Positions 62,133 to 64,000 of a DNA stretch of 64,000 nt are shown here, in pieces (the stretch's first letter is position 1; every line of letters starts with the position of its first letter). This DNA comes from an uncultured Pseudomonadota bacterium (lineage in GTDB: Bacteria; Pseudomonadota; Alphaproteobacteria; JACZXZ01). The stretch is from positions 128,001-192,000 of the forward strand of contig CAVVLJ010000004.1 of assembly GCA_963749075.1 (NCBI GenBank), given 5' to 3'. The position numbers and the translations under genes were made by a program. The notes under the pieces were generated by a model. It worked only from the letters and a program-made list of their open reading frames with translations. It was not told the DNA's origin and made no database searches.

Positions 62133-63038
62133 TCAGGCCTCCGCGCGCGCCGACATCGGATTCGCGGCACGATAGCGCGCCTCATCTCCGAGCACCTGGG
62201 TGCGCAGCATGAGGCGGTGCTCGTCGCCGCCATAGCCGCCCGTCGCCATGTGGATGGTCGCGATGTTGTCCCACATGAGCACGTCGCCCACGCGCCATCC
62301 GTGGCGGTAGTGGAACTCCGGCCGCGTCTGGAACTCGAAGAGGAAGGCGAGGAGCGCCTCGCTCTCGCCGGGCGGAAGGCCCTCGACGGCGACGGTATAG
62401 CCCGGGTCGGCATAGAGGCATTTGCGCCCGGTGAAGGGATGGCGGAGCACCATGGGATGGCGGACCGGCGGCTTGGTCGCCTTCTGCGCAGGACTGAGCG
62501 GCGGGCGCGGCGAGCCCTTCTTCTCGATCATGTAGTCGTAGAACCTGGAGAAGTGGTGCACTGCCACGAGGCCCTCCAGGCGCTCCTTGAGCGCGGGATC
62601 GAGCGCCTCATAGGCGGCGGCCATGCCGGCGAAAAGCGTGTCGCCCAAGGGCTCGCCGCCGCGCATCGGCACCTCGATGGCGTAGAGGATCGAGGCGCGC
62701 GCCGGGGTCGCGTTGTAGGACATGTCCGTGTGCCAGCCCTGACCCGCGTCGGGCGAGCCGAGTGGCGTGCCGTCCGGCCGCCGCTTGTTCGAGAGGATGT
62801 TGACGTGCGGGAACTCCGGGTGGTGGAACGAGCTCGCGACATTGAGCTCAAGCGCGCCCAGGCGGCGGCTGAAGGCGATCAGCGCCGGCTCGTCGAGCCG
62901 CTGGCCCGAGACGGCGATCACGCCATGGCGGTGAAAGGCCTCCTCGATGGCGGCAAAGCCCGCCGCGTCGAGCGGGCGCGCGAGATCGACGCCCTCGACC
63001 CGCGCGCCGATGTGCATGCCGAGCGGTGTGACTTGCAT
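62133..63038 (-). CDS. TauD/TfdA-family dioxygenase
   Basis: GARVEGVDL, WHTDMSY, GDTLFA, HP.V.RHP.TGRK.LY, WDNIATIH..R...R. Confidence 0.92.
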   Translation of the reverse strand: MQVTPLGMHIGARVEGVDLARPLDAAGFAAIEEAFHRHGVIAVSGQRLDEPALIAFSRRLGALELNVASSFHHPEFPHVNILSNKRRPDGTPLGSPDAGQGWHTDMSYNATPARASILYAIEVPMRGGEPLGDTLFAGMAAAYEALDPALKERLEGLVAVHHFSRFYDYMIEKKGSPRPPLSPAQKATKPPVRHPMVLRHPFTGRKCLYADPGYTVAVEGLPPGESEALLAFLFEFQTRPEFHYRHGWRVGDVLMWDNIATIHMATGGYGGDEHRLMLRTQVLGDEARYRAANPMSARAEA

Positions 63039-63153
63039 GGCCTTCCTCCGCCACAACGCCGCACTTTCCGGGTTTTCCCGGAGGCCATTATAGGCGCTCC
63101 GCGGCGCCGAGGGGAGGCGCGGCGCGGGGATGCGGCGAGCGCGCTCCTTCGCC

Positions 63154-64000
63154 CTACTGCTGCATCCCCCAGCGCCGCACCGTGACCGCCTCGAGCTTGC
63201 GGAAGATGCCGTTCTCGACCGCGAGCCCGATGAGGATGACGCTTACCAGGCCGGCGAAGACGGCGGGGATGTCGAGGTCGTTCTTGCGCTCGAAGATGAA
63301 CCAGCCGAGGCCGCCCGAGCCGGAGGTGACGCCGAAGATGAGCTCGGCCGCGATGAGGGTGCGCCAGGCAAAGGCCCAGCCGATCTTGAGGCCGGAGAGG
63401 ATGCTCGGGAAGGCGGCGGGCACGAGGATCTGAGCGACGTAGCGCAACCCCCCGAGGCCGTAGTTGCGACCCACCATGCGCAAGCTGGGCGAGACGGCCC
63501 TGAAGCCCGCATGCGTGTTGAGTGCCACCGGCCACAGCACGGAATGGATGAGGACGAAGATCGTGCTGCCGTTGCCGAGCCCGAACCACAGGAGGGCGAT
63601 GGGCAGAAGCGCGATCGAGGGCAGCGGATTGAGCATCGCGGTCAAGGTCTCCAAGAGGTCGCTGCCGATGCGCGAGCTCACGGCAAAGGCACTCAGGAGG
63701 AGCGCCAGCGCCAGGCCCGCCGCATAGCCCATGAGCAGCACCTTGAGCGAGAGGAGGGCGCGCGCGATGAGGCCGCCCGAGAGGATCGCCTGGAAAAGCG
63801 CCTCCGCCGTCGCGGCGAAGCTCGGCAGGAGGAGCGGGTTGTCGAGCCGCATGGCATAGAGCTGCCAGAGGAGGGCTAAGGCCGCGAGGATGGCGAGCTT
63901 GCGCAGGCGCGCGTCGCCATAGAGGCGCTCAGAGAGCTCGAGCGGCTTCTCGACGGCGACCGCGGTCGGCACCGCGATGCTCTCCTTGACGAACTCCGGG
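63154..64000 (-). CDS. NitT/TauT-family ABC permease; 5' end lies beyond the window
   Basis: NPLPSIALLP, GLKIGWAFAWRTLIAAEL, GGLGWFI; frame is open to the window edge. Confidence 0.9.
   Translation of the reverse strand, partial: PEFVKESIAVPTAVAVEKPLELSERLYGDARLRKLAILAALALLWQLYAMRLDNPLLLPSFAATAEALFQAILSGGLIARALLSLKVLLMGYAAGLALALLLSAFAVSSRIGSDLLETLTAMLNPLPSIALLPIALLWFGLGNGSTIFVLIHSVLWPVALNTHAGFRAVSPSLRMVGRNYGLGGLRYVAQILVPAAFPSILSGLKIGWAFAWRTLIAAELIFGVTSGSGGLGWFIFERKNDLDIPAVFAGLVSVILIGLAVENGIFRKLEAVTVRRWGMQQ

Noticed and set aside
135-63879. Many long Arg/Ala/Pro-rich alternative-frame ORFs in the track (e.g. 28847..31453, 47940..50054, 3439..5100)
   Set aside because: Expected from stop-codon scarcity at high GC; they overlap well-supported genes and lack motifs

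Overview
High-GC alphaproteobacterial chromosome segment; the taxon is inferred from TPR-ispE-PodJ-like-tRNA-Gln synteny and REP types. Six otherwise intact genes carry single-base frameshifts, which suggests a long-read assembly. The backbone encodes housekeeping and catabolic genes: ispE, MFS and ABC transporters, a Rieske/amidohydrolase/polyamine-type ABC cluster, argD, a Na/Pi cotransporter, an EndoQ-UvrD fusion, a CoxL-like molybdoenzyme, dapA and a TauD-family dioxygenase. Four visibly lower-GC accessory patches interrupt it: a tRNA-Gln islet (IS481 remnant + mazEF), an ~11.5 kb island (35.3-46.8 kb; orphan ABC binding proteins, hybrid kinase, HD-GYP regulator), a two-gene membrane-protein module, and a helicase-less Type ISP-like R-M gene. 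The strongest new observation is a complete candidate arginine-sensing attenuator upstream of argD (sigma70 promoter, leaderless Arg-rich 24-aa leader peptide, alternative stems, intrinsic terminator), too short to appear in the ORF track. Also notable are a candidate uORF plus RBS-occluding hairpin upstream of dapA, and ~45-bp-period arrays of degenerate palindromes at cargo boundaries of the island. No CRISPR array or rRNA was seen. All calls come from reading motifs by eye; no searches were run.
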